Made by a program: the position numbers and the translations under genes. The notes under the pieces are model-generated. The model made no database searches, was not told where the DNA came from, and was given only the letters and a program-made list of their open reading frames with translations. Below are positions 1-11,960 of a stretch of DNA of 64,000 nucleotides, piece by piece. The DNA lies in assembly GCF_006345805.1 (NCBI RefSeq), contig NC_043000.1, positions 88,350,001 to 88,414,000 of the forward strand, in the 5' to 3' direction. This DNA comes from Octopus sinensis. Lineage: Eukaryota. Position 1 is the stretch's first letter. Each line of letters opens with the position of its first letter.

Positions 1-155
1 GCCTCACCACACACCGAATTTAGAAATAGCAGTCAAAAGAGTTTTGGCTATTCTTTCTACTTAAAAGGGAGATCCCAGTAAAACCATAGCACTTAAAAGG
101 CAAACAACGCAGGCAAAAGAGAAAGAAATGACGATAATCATTCTACATTAAGTCA

Positions 156-246
156 CCTACGGACGTACGTTTCGGAATTAAGCCATAGGAAAGCATAAAA
201 ATTGAATAATTATGTCTTACCTAACTATTTTCCTCCTCAGCGTAGG
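156..246 (-). ncRNA. Type I hammerhead ribozyme (inverted copy)
   Basis: Reverse complement of 790-880: CCUACG-CUGAGGA-GGAA...UUCC-GAAA-CGUACG-UC-CGUAGG. Confidence 0.88.
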
Positions 247-789
247 ACTCTACAATTATGAATAATTGCGTCTCAATCATTAATAATTGTGTATTAAATT
301 TGAAGGCACTAGAAGACAACACCTCAACTCATGGTATCAGAGCGAGCATAAGCCATTACCAGTACCATCAAATTCAAAGGGTGAATGAAAGTATGTCACC
401 ATCCCCCTTCCGTCAGCGTGCTGCCAAAATAAGATGCTACAGGTTTTTTACTGGGATGAAATATAGTTATCAATAATAATATAGGGTGAAATTAATTAAT
501 TTGGAATAATCATCAATTTCACCAAGTAGATTTCGGCATGTAAAAGCCCCATTCAAGGAAGGTTTAAGTAATACTAAGTAATTAAGGGTTAAGCAACGAT
601 TTGCCTCACCACACACCGAATTTAGAAATAGCAGTCAAAAGAGTTTTGGCTATTCTTTCTACTTAGAAGGGAGATCCCAGTAAAACCATAGCACTCTGAT
701 ACCATGAGTTGAGGTGATGTCTTCTAGTGCCTTCAAATTTAATACACAATTATTAATGATTGAGACGCAATTATTCATAATTGTAGAGT

Positions 790-880
790 CCTACGCTGAG
801 GAGGAAAATAGTTAGGTAAGACATAATTATTTAATTTTTATGCTTTCCTATGGCTTAATTCCGAAACGTACGTCCGTAGG
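790..880 (+). ncRNA. Type I hammerhead ribozyme
   Basis: Stem I CCUACG(790-795)/CGUAGG(875-880), core CUGAGGA(796-802), stem II GGAA(803-806)/UUCC(859-862) closing a long inner hairpin, GAAA(863-866), palindromic stem III ACGUACGU, GUC cleavage triplet (cut after 874). Confidence 0.9.
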
Positions 881-1171
881 TGACTTAATGTAGAATGATT
901 ATCGTCATTTCTTTCTCTTTTGCCTGCGTTGTTTGCCTTTTAAGTGCTATGTTTTACTGGGATCTCCCTTTTAAGTAGAAAGAATAGCCAAAACTCTTTT
1001 GACTGCTATTTCTAAATTCGGTGTGTGGTGAGGCAAATCGTTGCTAAACCCTTAATTACTTAGTATTACTTAAACCTTCCTTGAATGGGGCTTATACATG
1101 CCGAAATCTACTTGGTGAAATTGATGATTATTCCAATTAATTAATTTCACCTTATATTATTATTATATATA

Positions 1172-1204
<33 letters not shown>

Positions 1205-1326
1205 CATACATCAGTTTTTCATTCAGCATTGGATTCACAGGCCTGTTATTCGATTTCCAAGGCATATAAGTAACCGAGATCAGAAAATTCTTTTCATGAG
1301 ACGCCCTTTTTTTTGCATCATCTCAC

Positions 1327-2194
1327 TGTCTGGATGTTTTGCGTTTTTGTCCAATTTTTGTATTTTTATATATAATATATAGCGGCGTACGTACACTTTG
1401 GTCTGTTATATGTAAGTATATATTTATATATATATTTTGTAAGACTCTATTATCCTTTCATTATTTCATTCTTTCATTATTTCATTCATTCTTTCATTCT
1501 TTCCTTCTTTCTATCATCCCTTTCACACTTGGTTCATTCCACTCTTCGTTCGTTCGTTCCCCCTCTCTCACATTTCCTGGCCTTCTCTTCATGCTTACTT
1601 TACCTCCTATTTTACTTCACTGTGCCGCTTTCATCTTTTCTCGCCCCTACTTAATTCTTCTCTCCCTCTGCCTCTACCTCTCTCTCTTCTCTCCCCATGT
1701 GACCGGTGTTCGGCCAGGCCTTACCTTTCTTTCTTAGTTAGACTACCATCCGCGCAACATCTATATTCCTCCCTGTGCCTGTTAAATCGTATGTCCCTGC
1801 CGTAAGGATTTACTACCACACACGCCAGCTTAATTTAATTTGTCTTTAATCGAAAGACACCTGTTGTTATGTTTTGTTAATTGCATTTGTATTTGTAACA
1901 TTTCTCTGTTTTTTTTTTCGTCCTTGTTTTCTTATACATTCGCTGCTTTCTTCCAAGGAACCTAATGCTCTTAGCTTAGTTTTTCCCTGGGGCTGGCCAG
2001 ATTGGAGCAATTTCGAGTATAATTGCAAAGATAATCTGGAACTCGACTGAGGATAGAGAACTCCGAATGACTCGTCTGTCTGGATGTTTTGTTATACTAT
2101 TTTTCCATCACATATGTATGGATGTTTTGCGTTCTTGTCCCATTTTTGCACTTTTTATATATAATACATAGCGGCGTACATACACGTTGGTCTC
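1327..2194 (+). mobile_element. Non-autonomous Penelope-like element with about 75-bp terminal direct repeats
   Basis: tggatgttttgcgt...agcggcgtac.tacac.ttggtct occurs at 1327-1405 and 2119-2194. The pyrimidine-rich body has a segment shared with 49995-50140, and there is a hammerhead-like core at 2047-2076. Confidence 0.55.
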
Positions 2195-2306
2195 TTACAT
2201 GTATATATATACGCATGTGTATACATCTGTATATATATGCATGTGTAAGAATATATATATAAGTATACATATGTGCATGTATATATATATATATGCATGT
2301 GTATGC

Positions 2307-2362
<56 letters not shown>

Positions 2363-2807
2363 CAGTATGACTTTAAACTGCATCCGGTAGAGGTTTACTG
2401 GTACAAGTCTTCCAGGATGTTAAGGAGTATGGAACATCTATTAGCCAGAATAGTTTCAAGATCTATTCTGACCTGTAGGAGAAGCACCTGTTAAGGTCCC
2501 ACCTATAGGGTTACTAGCATGTGAACTAATGACAGTGAAAAAACACTGTTTCTCGTTAGAACTCCTCTCTCTGAGACTGTAAACCGTATAGAAGAAATCT
2601 GAAGTACAGTTCGTTTCTGGTCGCCTCCGCCTCGGTTGTGCCACTAGTTTAATAGCAGATACTGCTGAAAAGTAGATTCAAGTACAGAGCAATATATTAT
2701 ACATTCAAAGTAAAATCCTGCAGAGGAATTTCTTAGACTTTTGGAACGTTTGCATGGCCTTCGAGTTTAGGAACTGGTCATACTCAATCACGAGTTGACT
2801 TCCAACA

Positions 2808-2862
<55 letters not shown>

Positions 2863-2865
2863 TGT

Positions 2866-2904
<39 letters not shown>

Positions 2905-3004
2905 TAAAGGGAAATAATCCGTACATATTAAGGTTTTTTCGTATTCCTCGAGTTCTGAGCGTTTCCTCACGTCTGCAATGTAGATATTTTAAAATTTTGT
3001 ATTC

Positions 3005-3073
3005 ATATAGAGTCTGACGAGCTATCCACAAGGCTTTAGCTTTGTGGGTGCGAAACCTTGGGTAACTCTATAT
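3005..3073 (+). ncRNA. Type I hammerhead ribozyme, compact and fully canonical
   Basis: Perfect 9-bp stem I AUAUAGAGU(3005-3013)/ACUCUAUAU(3065-3073), core CUGACGA(3014-3020), stem II GC-U-AUCCACAAGG/CUUUGUGGGU-GC(3021-3051), GAAA(3052-3055), stem III ACC-UUG-GGU, GUA triplet (cut after 3064). Confidence 0.92.
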
Positions 3074-3084
3074 AAAATTGTGTT

Positions 3085-3125
<41 letters not shown>

Positions 3126-3606
3126 ACACACATACACTCGCACACATACGCACGTGTATGTATGTGTGTACGTGTATATATATGTATATGTACGCACACA
3201 AATATACATACCATAAATATTGAGGAGGTATGAGAGATAAGTATATTAAGTTAAACACTTCGCATCCTTATTATTATATCCCGTTTCTCACCCCTTTTCA
3301 TGTAGTAATAATTTCAGTGTATAATAATTAAGAAGGCTTCGGAACGGCTGTAATCCTGTGGATTTCAAGTGGTTAAATAAATATATTTATCTCACATACC
3401 TCCTGACATTTTACGTTAGATGTACTCCTCGTGACATAATTTGAAAGATCGGATCCTCTGGATATTAGATGCAAGGGCACTCTACATTACACTTATCTGT
3501 ATTGGATTACTATGTGGACTGTTAGTCGAATCGGTAGGAGGAACATTCTGTGATTACCACCAATTTTCTGAATCAATATCTTATGCTACAAATTTAGACA
3601 CACACA

Positions 3607-3652
<46 letters not shown>

Positions 3653-3917
3653 TTAACTTGCAGAACATAACTTATGACACATTACAAGTGTATGCAAAGT
3701 AACGTCATCCCCAGTTCACCACTGACACTCGCTAAACCTAAAATGCTTATCTAATAATATATTTGCGCATACGTACATAACTATATAACTATATAAATAT
3801 TAATACAGTAGGAGTATTTTCTTACCTAACTACTGTTTTTTTTTTGTTTGTTAAAGTAACCTGAATAGCAAAGGAGTAGAGGAACTGAAAGGGAGAGGAA
3901 GTGAGAGACGTAGAGAT

Positions 3918-3952
<35 letters not shown>

Positions 3953-4494
3953 AGAAAGATAGAGGGAAATGGGTAGTTAGAGAGAAACCTATAAGAGGTA
4001 AGGAGTGAAAAAGAACGGAGTTGAGATTGAACACGGAGAGGTGCAATGAAGAATATTAAATTATAAAAAAGTGTGTCACTTCCCCGTATCTTTAGATACC
4101 TTATTTTCTAACATTTATTTTATCTGTTTCAAGTGTATTTGAGCTGTATTTTACTCTATGAAATTATTTCGCACAACAACCTAATAGACTGCATATATCA
4201 TACATGCATACATACATAATACATACATACATACATACATACATACATACATACATACATACATACATACATACATGTGTGTGTGTGTGTATGAATATAT
4301 TTGTATGTCTGTATATATATATATCTATTTATATATCAGTTTCTCTATATGCATATATATGACTGCGTCAGTACGAGTGAATTTGTATGTAAATGTAATT
4401 GCATATACAAAGTCTAAGCGGGAGTCAAGGTGAAACTGAAATGTCAGTTATATATACAAGTATTTTTTGAAGGTATAATATATAAATATGAAAG

Positions 4495-4828
4495 TATTCT
4501 TTTATTCTTTTATTCTTTTACTTGTTTCAGTCATTTGACTTTGGCCATGCTGGAGCACCGCCTTTAGTCGAGCAAATCGACCCCAGGACTTATTCTTTGT
4601 AAGCCTAGTAGCGGAATCACTAAGTTACGGGCACATAAACACACAAGCATCGGTTGTCAAGCGATGTTAGGCTTCTTTCAGTTTCCGTCTTTCAAATCCA
4701 CTAACAAGGCTTTGGTCGTCCCGAGGTTATAGTAGAAAACACTCGCCCAAGATGCCACGCAGTGGGACTGAGCCCGGAACCGTGTGGTTGCGAAGCAAGC
4801 TACTTACCACACAGCCACTCCTACGCCT
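4495..4828 (-). mobile_element. tRNA-derived SINE, family 1 (internally deleted)
   Basis: The reverse strand reads ggcgtaggagtggctgtgtggtaagtagcttgc...ggttccgggctcagtcccact (A/B-box-like head) and ends in the gactgaaacaagtaaaagaataaaaga tail. The same family recurs at about 8 sites. Confidence 0.85.
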
Positions 4829-5269
4829 ATAATATAATAATATAAGTAAAGTATACTATATATATATATTCTTTTATTGATTTAGTCTTTTGCCAGTTAT
4901 TGAATGCCGGCGATGCTTGGGCAACACCTTCAAGGATTTAGTCAAGAGTCGAACTGCTGTGTATGGGACATCAACCACATAACTGGTCTTGAACATAAAT
5001 GTTAATTTTCTGCGAACTAAATTAAACCCAGAGAATTTATCGCTTCGAATGTAGAGTAAAATCTCTTACCCAAGGCAGGAGACGAAACTAAGATCCACAT
5101 GTTTGAAGAGAGAAATCTGTAACCATACAGCAACGCCTGTGCCTGTATTAAAGATACGTTTGTTTTTGACAAAGCACAGATAAGAGGGACAGCTAAGATA
5201 TTTTGCTCACTGCGAATGTCGCTTTAAGTCTGATCATATGAATTTTACTCATATGAAAATACGGATGAA

Positions 5270-6413
5270 TACGAAGGGCGCTGAAAAGTTCCTGGCTTCG
5301 TGTAAAAGAAAATACAGGAGGAGCAATTAATTATGATATAATTCTCTATATTCCCTTCTTAGATTCACACAGTTTTTGCAACAGTTTTTCTAAGCCCTGT
5401 AAAAGAACTCGGAAGTTTGAGCCTTCAAACAGGCCTCTGAAGCAGCGATCACTTCTGAGGTGATAGTTAGAGGGAGCCAAGTCAGGAGGGTAAGGTGGCT
5501 GGTCTACAAGTTCGAAACCAAAGTCGCGTATTTTCCATAGAGTTTCATGTACTGTGTGTGCTGGTGCATTGCCCTGCAAAAACAGGACACCACGCCTCAG
5601 CTTTCCACAATGTTTGTTTCAAAGCTTCATGCAGTTAGTCCAACAGAGAAATGTAGTATTTTGCGACCTTTGGCAGGTATTTTATGAAGAGTACTCCATC
5701 TTTGTACCAGAATTTTGAAGCCAGAATATTTCCAGCTGACCTCTGGGTCGGAAACTTCTTGGAACACTGTGAAACGCTGTGACGCCACTCCATTAATTAC
5801 TGATAGGTCTGAGAATCATAAAGATGAAGCCAAGTCATTACTCTGATGCGCTTCTGATCAGCATTCAAGAATTTCAGCACCCATTTTGCGGAAATCTTTC
5901 TCATGTCAAGAATGTTGTGGATGATGCGGCTAACTCTTTCGAGGGAAATCCCCAGATTCTCAGCTTAGACTTTAGCTGAAAATCGATGGCTCCCGAAAAT
6001 AATGGTGTGCACAACATCAGCTTTGTCCTCCGTGGTCGCAGAAGTTAGCCGTCCTGACCGCGTTTATCTGTGACCTCAAAATGATCTGTCCGAAACTTTG
6101 ACACTAAGATTTTCACTGTAAAATAAGATGGCAGTCATCCTTCAAGACTTTCTTCATCTTACCATGGATTTGCGTCGCTCCTTTGCCTTACAAAAAGAGG
6201 AACTTTATGACCACCCGTACTTCAATTTTACCAAGTTCAATGTAGGAGTTGCCATCATGAGTTAAATCTGCTAAAAGAGGAAGATATATGGTATACTATC
6301 AAAACTTGTTGTATATCTTTTCCTAAATAATTGTCCTACCTTTCTTGTAAAGATAACAGCTCTACCATTTCGTGATACTCTTAAAGCAAGGAACTTTACA
6401 GCACCCCAACGTA
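5270..6413 (-). mobile_element. Mariner-family DNA transposon, decayed full-length copy
   Basis: Imperfect TIRs tacgaagggcgctgaaaagttcctggctt / aagcaaggaactttacagcaccccaacgta with TA ends. ORF 5346-5579 has QGNAPAH and PPYPPDLAPSNYHL, matching the HDNAPxH and YSPDLAPxD motifs. Confidence 0.9.
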
Positions 6414-7699
6414 GAGCGCATCCAGGCTCATTTAAATATTTACCAACGTAGAATAATATTAGAATAGAATAGAAAGATTATGTTTCCGATTTCCTTCCAT
6501 AGTTTAGATTGTGCACTTCTTAAATTATAATGTAAAATTATAGATCAAAATGTCTCTTAAGACAGCACATTTAATACTAACTATATGGTCTTTTACACCA
6601 TCTAAGGAAACAAAAGTTTCCTGCCAATACAACTTCAAAAGATTTCGTATATTTCATGATTCTCTATAGACTTTCAGCCATCTAAATATTCTCAAAATGA
6701 TCATGTATTTTCCTCGGTCATTGCCAATATCCATATTAACACAGAAAGCCCACCCTTAAAAGTATACACATTATTTAATAAAATAAAATTCACTTTACAT
6801 CTACATCCGTGTTCTGAATTAATCTTTTGGCCACAAGAACCGAGAGATTTTTCTTTTGATCATGCAAATCTTCTCCTATGATTTTTCCGTAGGCGTTGAC
6901 CGTTAGCATTTTAAATTTAACATTAATGGCATCAAGGTCACTAGTATCGAAGGGTCAGCAAAAGTTATGGGTACAGCTCATTCCACAAGAAAAAAATAAT
7001 GAAAACAATATCTTGTTCTCTCTTCGCACACGGTGAAATGAAAAACAGTTATAACAACCTTCACGGTATGTTGGCTACTATCAGATAACAAATACCTCCT
7101 ATTTCACAATGGTGACAGTTTAACTAACACTATTTCAATACATGTCAAACAAGAACTTAACTATAATGGGCAGAGTAATTTGCATATTCAGCATTTGTCA
7201 GCGGCGTGATTAAACAATAAAAATCTATGCATGACACGGCATGGATAAAATAGCCTAAATTTAAAATGATTAAGGTATTTTGAAACTTTTCTTTGTGGAA
7301 TTATGAACGGATTGAGTATATCATGACTTTACTTTGCATGTTCACATTCAGAAACGTGCAAACAAAGCGAGAGCACACCCCACCTACAGACATAACTATG
7401 AAATCAATAAATTTCTACTTAAGAAATACAGCATTGATGAGTGTAAATCCGAAGTGCAAACTTCAAATAGAACAGATTTCTGCGCTTTTAATGATAAAAA
7501 CTCAACCTAGTCGCAAATACGATGACATTTAATTTTGGTTTACTGAAAATAAAACCAGTTTTGGTTGTATGGATATAAAACAAACCAATGCTTGCTAACA
7601 TGTTAAATAGGTTTTACAAAATTAAATAATTTCATCTCTATAAAGATGATCAAATCCTTTTAAACGATTATCAGAAACAAAAGAAACATAACAGGCAAA

Positions 7700-8171
7700 T
7701 AATCTTGAAGGTGTAATACCGCATTTTCTGAAACTGCTGCAGTTTTGTTCTTAAATATCTGAAGTGATTGCTCAAAATGAAGTTTCATACATTGGTGGAA
7801 TCAATTATTTTTGACTTCATCCAGAAAGGTTGTTGAGACAATGTTAGGACATCAAGTAGAACAAGAAATAAGTAAAATATTGCTCTCTTTCAAATGATAA
7901 AGTTCTTAGGGGCACTTTGATATTATCTTCGGTGTAAGCACTAACATTCAAAATTTTCTCTGTCGGTTGACAAGTCAAATGACATTTCCAACAGAACGCA
8001 GCTATTGGCATTCATTCATTTTAATGGTGTAGATCAAACTGTAAATATGTGTTGATTTTTTTTCTTCTCGCCAAGAAATAGCTGGCATTACAAAAGTTGA
8101 AGACATTTTTCATATCTTATGTAACTACATTACAAAATGGAAGTCATGTGTTGGTAATTGTACTAATAGAG

Positions 8172-8227
<56 letters not shown>

Positions 8228-9050
8228 CTCTCTGTAGCAGACAGTATGAAAGACTTTGTAAAAAAGAAAAGATTATCCTGATCGTATTAGAACACATCAC
8301 TTTCTAATTAGAGAGGCCTTCATATCAAAACCAGAATTGAAAGTTTTTGATCATTCTTGAAATGGAAAATTTTATTAAAAGTATGCAATTAAAGAATCGT
8401 TTGTTTGAGAAAAGCTGCTTTGACATGAATTAAACTGTACATACTACTTACTTTCGCACATCATAGTGAAATGACTATCGAGGTGGTGGGATGCAGGGCA
8501 GTACTCTGTCTTGAACATAGACAGCTTCTGGCACTTTTTCAAGAAGCTAGTTAAAAATACATCCGTGAATTTTAGAATTCTTGTGTAGAACATTGCGAAG
8601 AATATTTCAACACCCTAATAAGCCCAACAGTAGTATGCAAAAAGAAAATATTCTCAAATCTTCAGATATTCTGATAGCATTTGAGAACAAAAATAGTAAT
8701 CTGGAAAAGAAAAGCCTGAAATGGTAATTTTGAAATGTTTCCCTTAGCAAATAAAACACTTCTAAAGGAAATTACTCCTGTCAACGTTGAACATATAACA
8801 ACTTCTGGCGAGAACTTCAGCTTTTATTTTCTATCATTACGCATAGAGCAATACGATTGGATTAGAAACCTTTCCACGGAAATTCCAAATGATATTGGTT
8901 TGAATTTATCTGTAGAATTATTGGCTTTTATATTCAGGGATCCGGATCTAAAAATCAAATATGTGGGACTGACTGCTTGAAATGTGTTGCCTTTTCTCTC
9001 GGAGATTATCTTTCAGCAGCTTCCCACATAAAAAGAGAAAAAGAAAAAAA
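7700..9050 (+). mobile_element. hAT (Charlie/ZBED5-FAM200-like) transposase remnant
   Basis: Broken frames give HTLVESII, VVETMLGHQVEQEISKI, SLSVDKSNDISNRTQLLAFIHF, *LSR (the WLSR motif) and YDWIRN. It is interrupted by (CT)n at about 8173-8233. Confidence 0.7.
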
Positions 9051-9602
9051 ATCTTTGTTCATTTTGATTTCACTTCCAACGCTATAATCCTGTTAATTAG
9101 AAATTCTTTCTTTGGCTAAACTTGAATGAATAAAAAAAGACAAATTATTCATTTTTTCGAGGCTGTCCGATTAGCAAACACATATCCTGATATTAAGAAA
9201 AGAACTGCTTTAGAACATCCCTTTAATAAGCTATTTTGCATTTTGTTTTTATTGTGTCATCGAGTCAATATAATTGGGATTTGTTTTAATCTCTTTCTAT
9301 CGCTACTTCTTTGATACACTTTATCAATTCTTATCTAATGATTCTCTTCTGAATGACTCACAGTTAAGTTTAAATGTTCACTGCATCAACCTCAAATGAA
9401 CTACTAAATTAATTTGGTTAGCGTAATCATTTTACATCTGGAAGAACGCGTTCAGTTTCCAGTAAACCGTCTCTGTCTATGCATACTATTTAAGCTCACT
9501 TTGCAGATCTCACTTTTAGTCTATGAAGTCGACAAACAGATCGTCAAGATAACCTATACTATCCTTACCTACTTAAATAACAAATTATCTAGGTACTCTT
9601 TG

Positions 9603-10492
9603 TATTGGGTTGGCAACTAAGTTCCCACCGTTTTTTTTAAATTAAAATTTTTAAAAAGTTTTAGTAAAAAATAACAACTAATTAATCAATAATGTATTCA
9701 CTTTTGTTGTTAACAACCTCTTCCCAACGTTCAACAAGATTTTTAATACCTCGTTGGTAGAAGTCACCCGATTTCGATTCAAAAATTTGATCCAACCAAG
9801 CCCTCAATTCTGCATCAGTATTGAACGAAACTCCGCAGATAGCATTTGAAAGAGATCGAAAGAGGTGGAAATCCGTTAGTTCCAAATCAGGAGAGTACGG
9901 CGGGCGTGGCAGCACTTCCCAGCCATGGCTCCCTTTGTCAAATTGGCGATATGAGGACGGGCGTTGTCGTGCAGCAGAACTCCATGCTGCCGGTTAAGTC
10001 TTTTCTCCTGAATAGCCGTGTTGAATCGTTCCATCTGTTGAACATAGAGTTCTGCGTTGACCGCTTGGTTCCGTGCAAACAATTCGTAATGGATAATCCC
10101 CTCCTAGTCCTACCATACGCGTAACATCGTTTTATGCGGATGAAGATCTTATTTCACGCGCGGTGTCGCTTGTTTACCGGGACTTAGCCATTCCTACGCT
10201 GCTTCATATTGATGTACAGTCACCATTTTCCGTCGCCAGTAACGATTCGGTAAACAAATCGTTGCTTGTGTCCATGAGTTGAGCAGTGACGAGCAAGCAA
10301 ACCAGCGGAGATTGTGGTCGTTGATTTTTGTTGTTGTCACTTAAAGCATGCGGAACCCATGCTCCATACTTCTAAACCTTTTCCATCGAGTAAAAATGTT
10401 TCTCTATAGCAGTGTGGGAGCATTCCTTTTTCTCTGCCAGTTCCCATGTCGTTTCCATGTCTGCTACAGGACAACATTTTTAACGCGTTCTT
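9603..10492 (-). mobile_element. Mariner transposon, 3' part (catalytic domain)
   Basis: TIR tattgggttggcaactaagttccc at 9603. Frames give WVPHAL, LLHDNARPH and PRPPYSPDLELTDFHLFRSL. Confidence 0.92.
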
Positions 10493-10498
10493 AAAATG

Positions 10499-10929
10499 TA
10501 TTGGGTTGGCAACTAAATTCCCGCCGTTTTTTTAATTTTGGAATTTATTACGTTTTTAAATTTTGGAACCTAGTTTTCCCGAGAATTCTATTTTTGAATC
10601 ATTGTGGGATCTTTTTTTTCTAGTTAATTTTAGTTAATTTTTGTTTATTTTCAAATCATTAAAATGTAATGTCATGTTAAGAAAAACGAGTATTTTCGAC
10701 ACCTTCTTCTTTTTGCATTTAATCAAGGTTCTAAGGCCACAAAAACTGCTCGCGACATTTGTGCTGTGCATTGAGAAGAGGCCATAGCTGAAAGAACCGC
10801 TTGCGATTGTTATACCAAGTTCAAAATTGGAAATTTTGACCTCAAAGACGCACCTCATTCCGGACGTCCAGTTGAGTTTAAGAACGCGTCAAAAATGTGC
10901 TGTCAGTTGTCCTGTAGCAGACATGGAAA
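10499..10929 (+). mobile_element. Mariner transposon, 5' part (HTH domain), inverted relative to its 3' part
   Basis: The same TIR occurs at 10499 in the same orientation as 9603. The frame reads QGSKATKTARDICAVH*EEAIAERTA...FDLKDAPHSGRPVEF. Confidence 0.88.
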
Positions 10930-11099
10930 TGAATTTCGTAAGTATGACTAGTTACATGAAAAAGTCTGCCATTGTGCACCAGTCGGGGTAGAAATGACCA
11001 TTAATCAAAAGGCACCGCCTTCACGGCTGTTCACAACGACAACCATCGACTTACAATCCAGTTGCTGGAAGATCTCTCCGAAACAATACCACTAGCCAA

Positions 11100-11960
11100 T
11101 TAGATCTGGCTAATTGACAGGTATGTAAACTTCGAGAAGCTGATGCGATGTATATGAGCACTTTTTCTCTCGTTGATAGCCATCATGTTTATAATACAAG
11201 TATCTTCCTTCCTAATCGAAATCACCTCACATGCTTTAAAAGAACCACCTTTTAATACGGAGTTGTTGAGCAGAGGAAAACAGAGCGTGAGAAAATTCAC
11301 TTGCCGTTGTCTCAAAGAATGGCTGAAACATTTGTCTTGATGAGAAGTGTTTCATTGAAAAGCACATTTAAAATAATTAGGCCATTTCGAACGCTACTCA
11401 AGGATTCCTTCATAGGTCATGTATATTATTTGTAAAGTTCAAGTCACTGTCTAAATTTACTGGTGTTTTGAGGATGAGTTCCTTTAGCTCCACGCTTTCG
11501 TTTCATTCTGTTCTTTTAAGGCGTTTTGAGGTATGCACTTCCCCTCCTCACTGTTGTTTTGTGTTATATACTTCTACTGAATACCGTTCCTATTTACAAC
11601 AGTGAAATTAAGCCAGAAGGTTTGTGTCTTTGGCTATTGGTGATGCTATCATTGCTTTTGTGTTTTATTTATTAATTTCTTTCTCCAGATTTCATGTCTG
11701 TGATTGTTTTGTTTTTGTTTATTTGTTGTTTCCTTTATTGCTCGTATTTTAGCGAAATTTGCCGACATTGTTTGCGTTCTTGTCTTTTTAGTTGTGCTTT
11801 CCATGACTGTTATGTTTCTAGTTGTTTGCGTTGGTCTTGTGTTGAAGCTGTAAATTTATTCCACTTTGTTTTGAGAAGTGATCGCCGTAGCTGGATAGCT
11901 GCAGCGTTGAGTGACCCTAACCCCAATGTTTCATCTCCCTTTCCTTTCTCTTGATGTCCT
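11100..11960 (-). mobile_element. Possible decayed Penelope-like remnant
   Basis: A degraded hammerhead-like motif (gaccuaugaa GGAA...UUC GAAAuggcc) lies on the - strand at about 11378-11420. No clean ORF. Confidence 0.3.

Larger units (their letters stand above)
1..1164. mobile_element. Inverted cluster of Penelope-like terminal repeats (pLTR-like), each full arm carrying a hammerhead ribozyme
   Basis: 1-342 is the near-perfect reverse complement of 694-1034, and 472-695 is the reverse complement of about 943-1164. The + unit ends in (TA)n at about 1165. The PLE assignment is inferred from the ribozyme plus inverted-repeat architecture. Confidence 0.8.

Noticed and set aside
1339-1737. 132-aa hydrophobic ORF
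   Set aside because: It results from the pyrimidine-rich low-complexity body of a repeat element, with no coding signature.
11378-11420. Hammerhead-like motif on the - strand
   Set aside because: The core lacks G5 and stem III and the cleavage triplet are damaged. It is counted only as a decayed copy.
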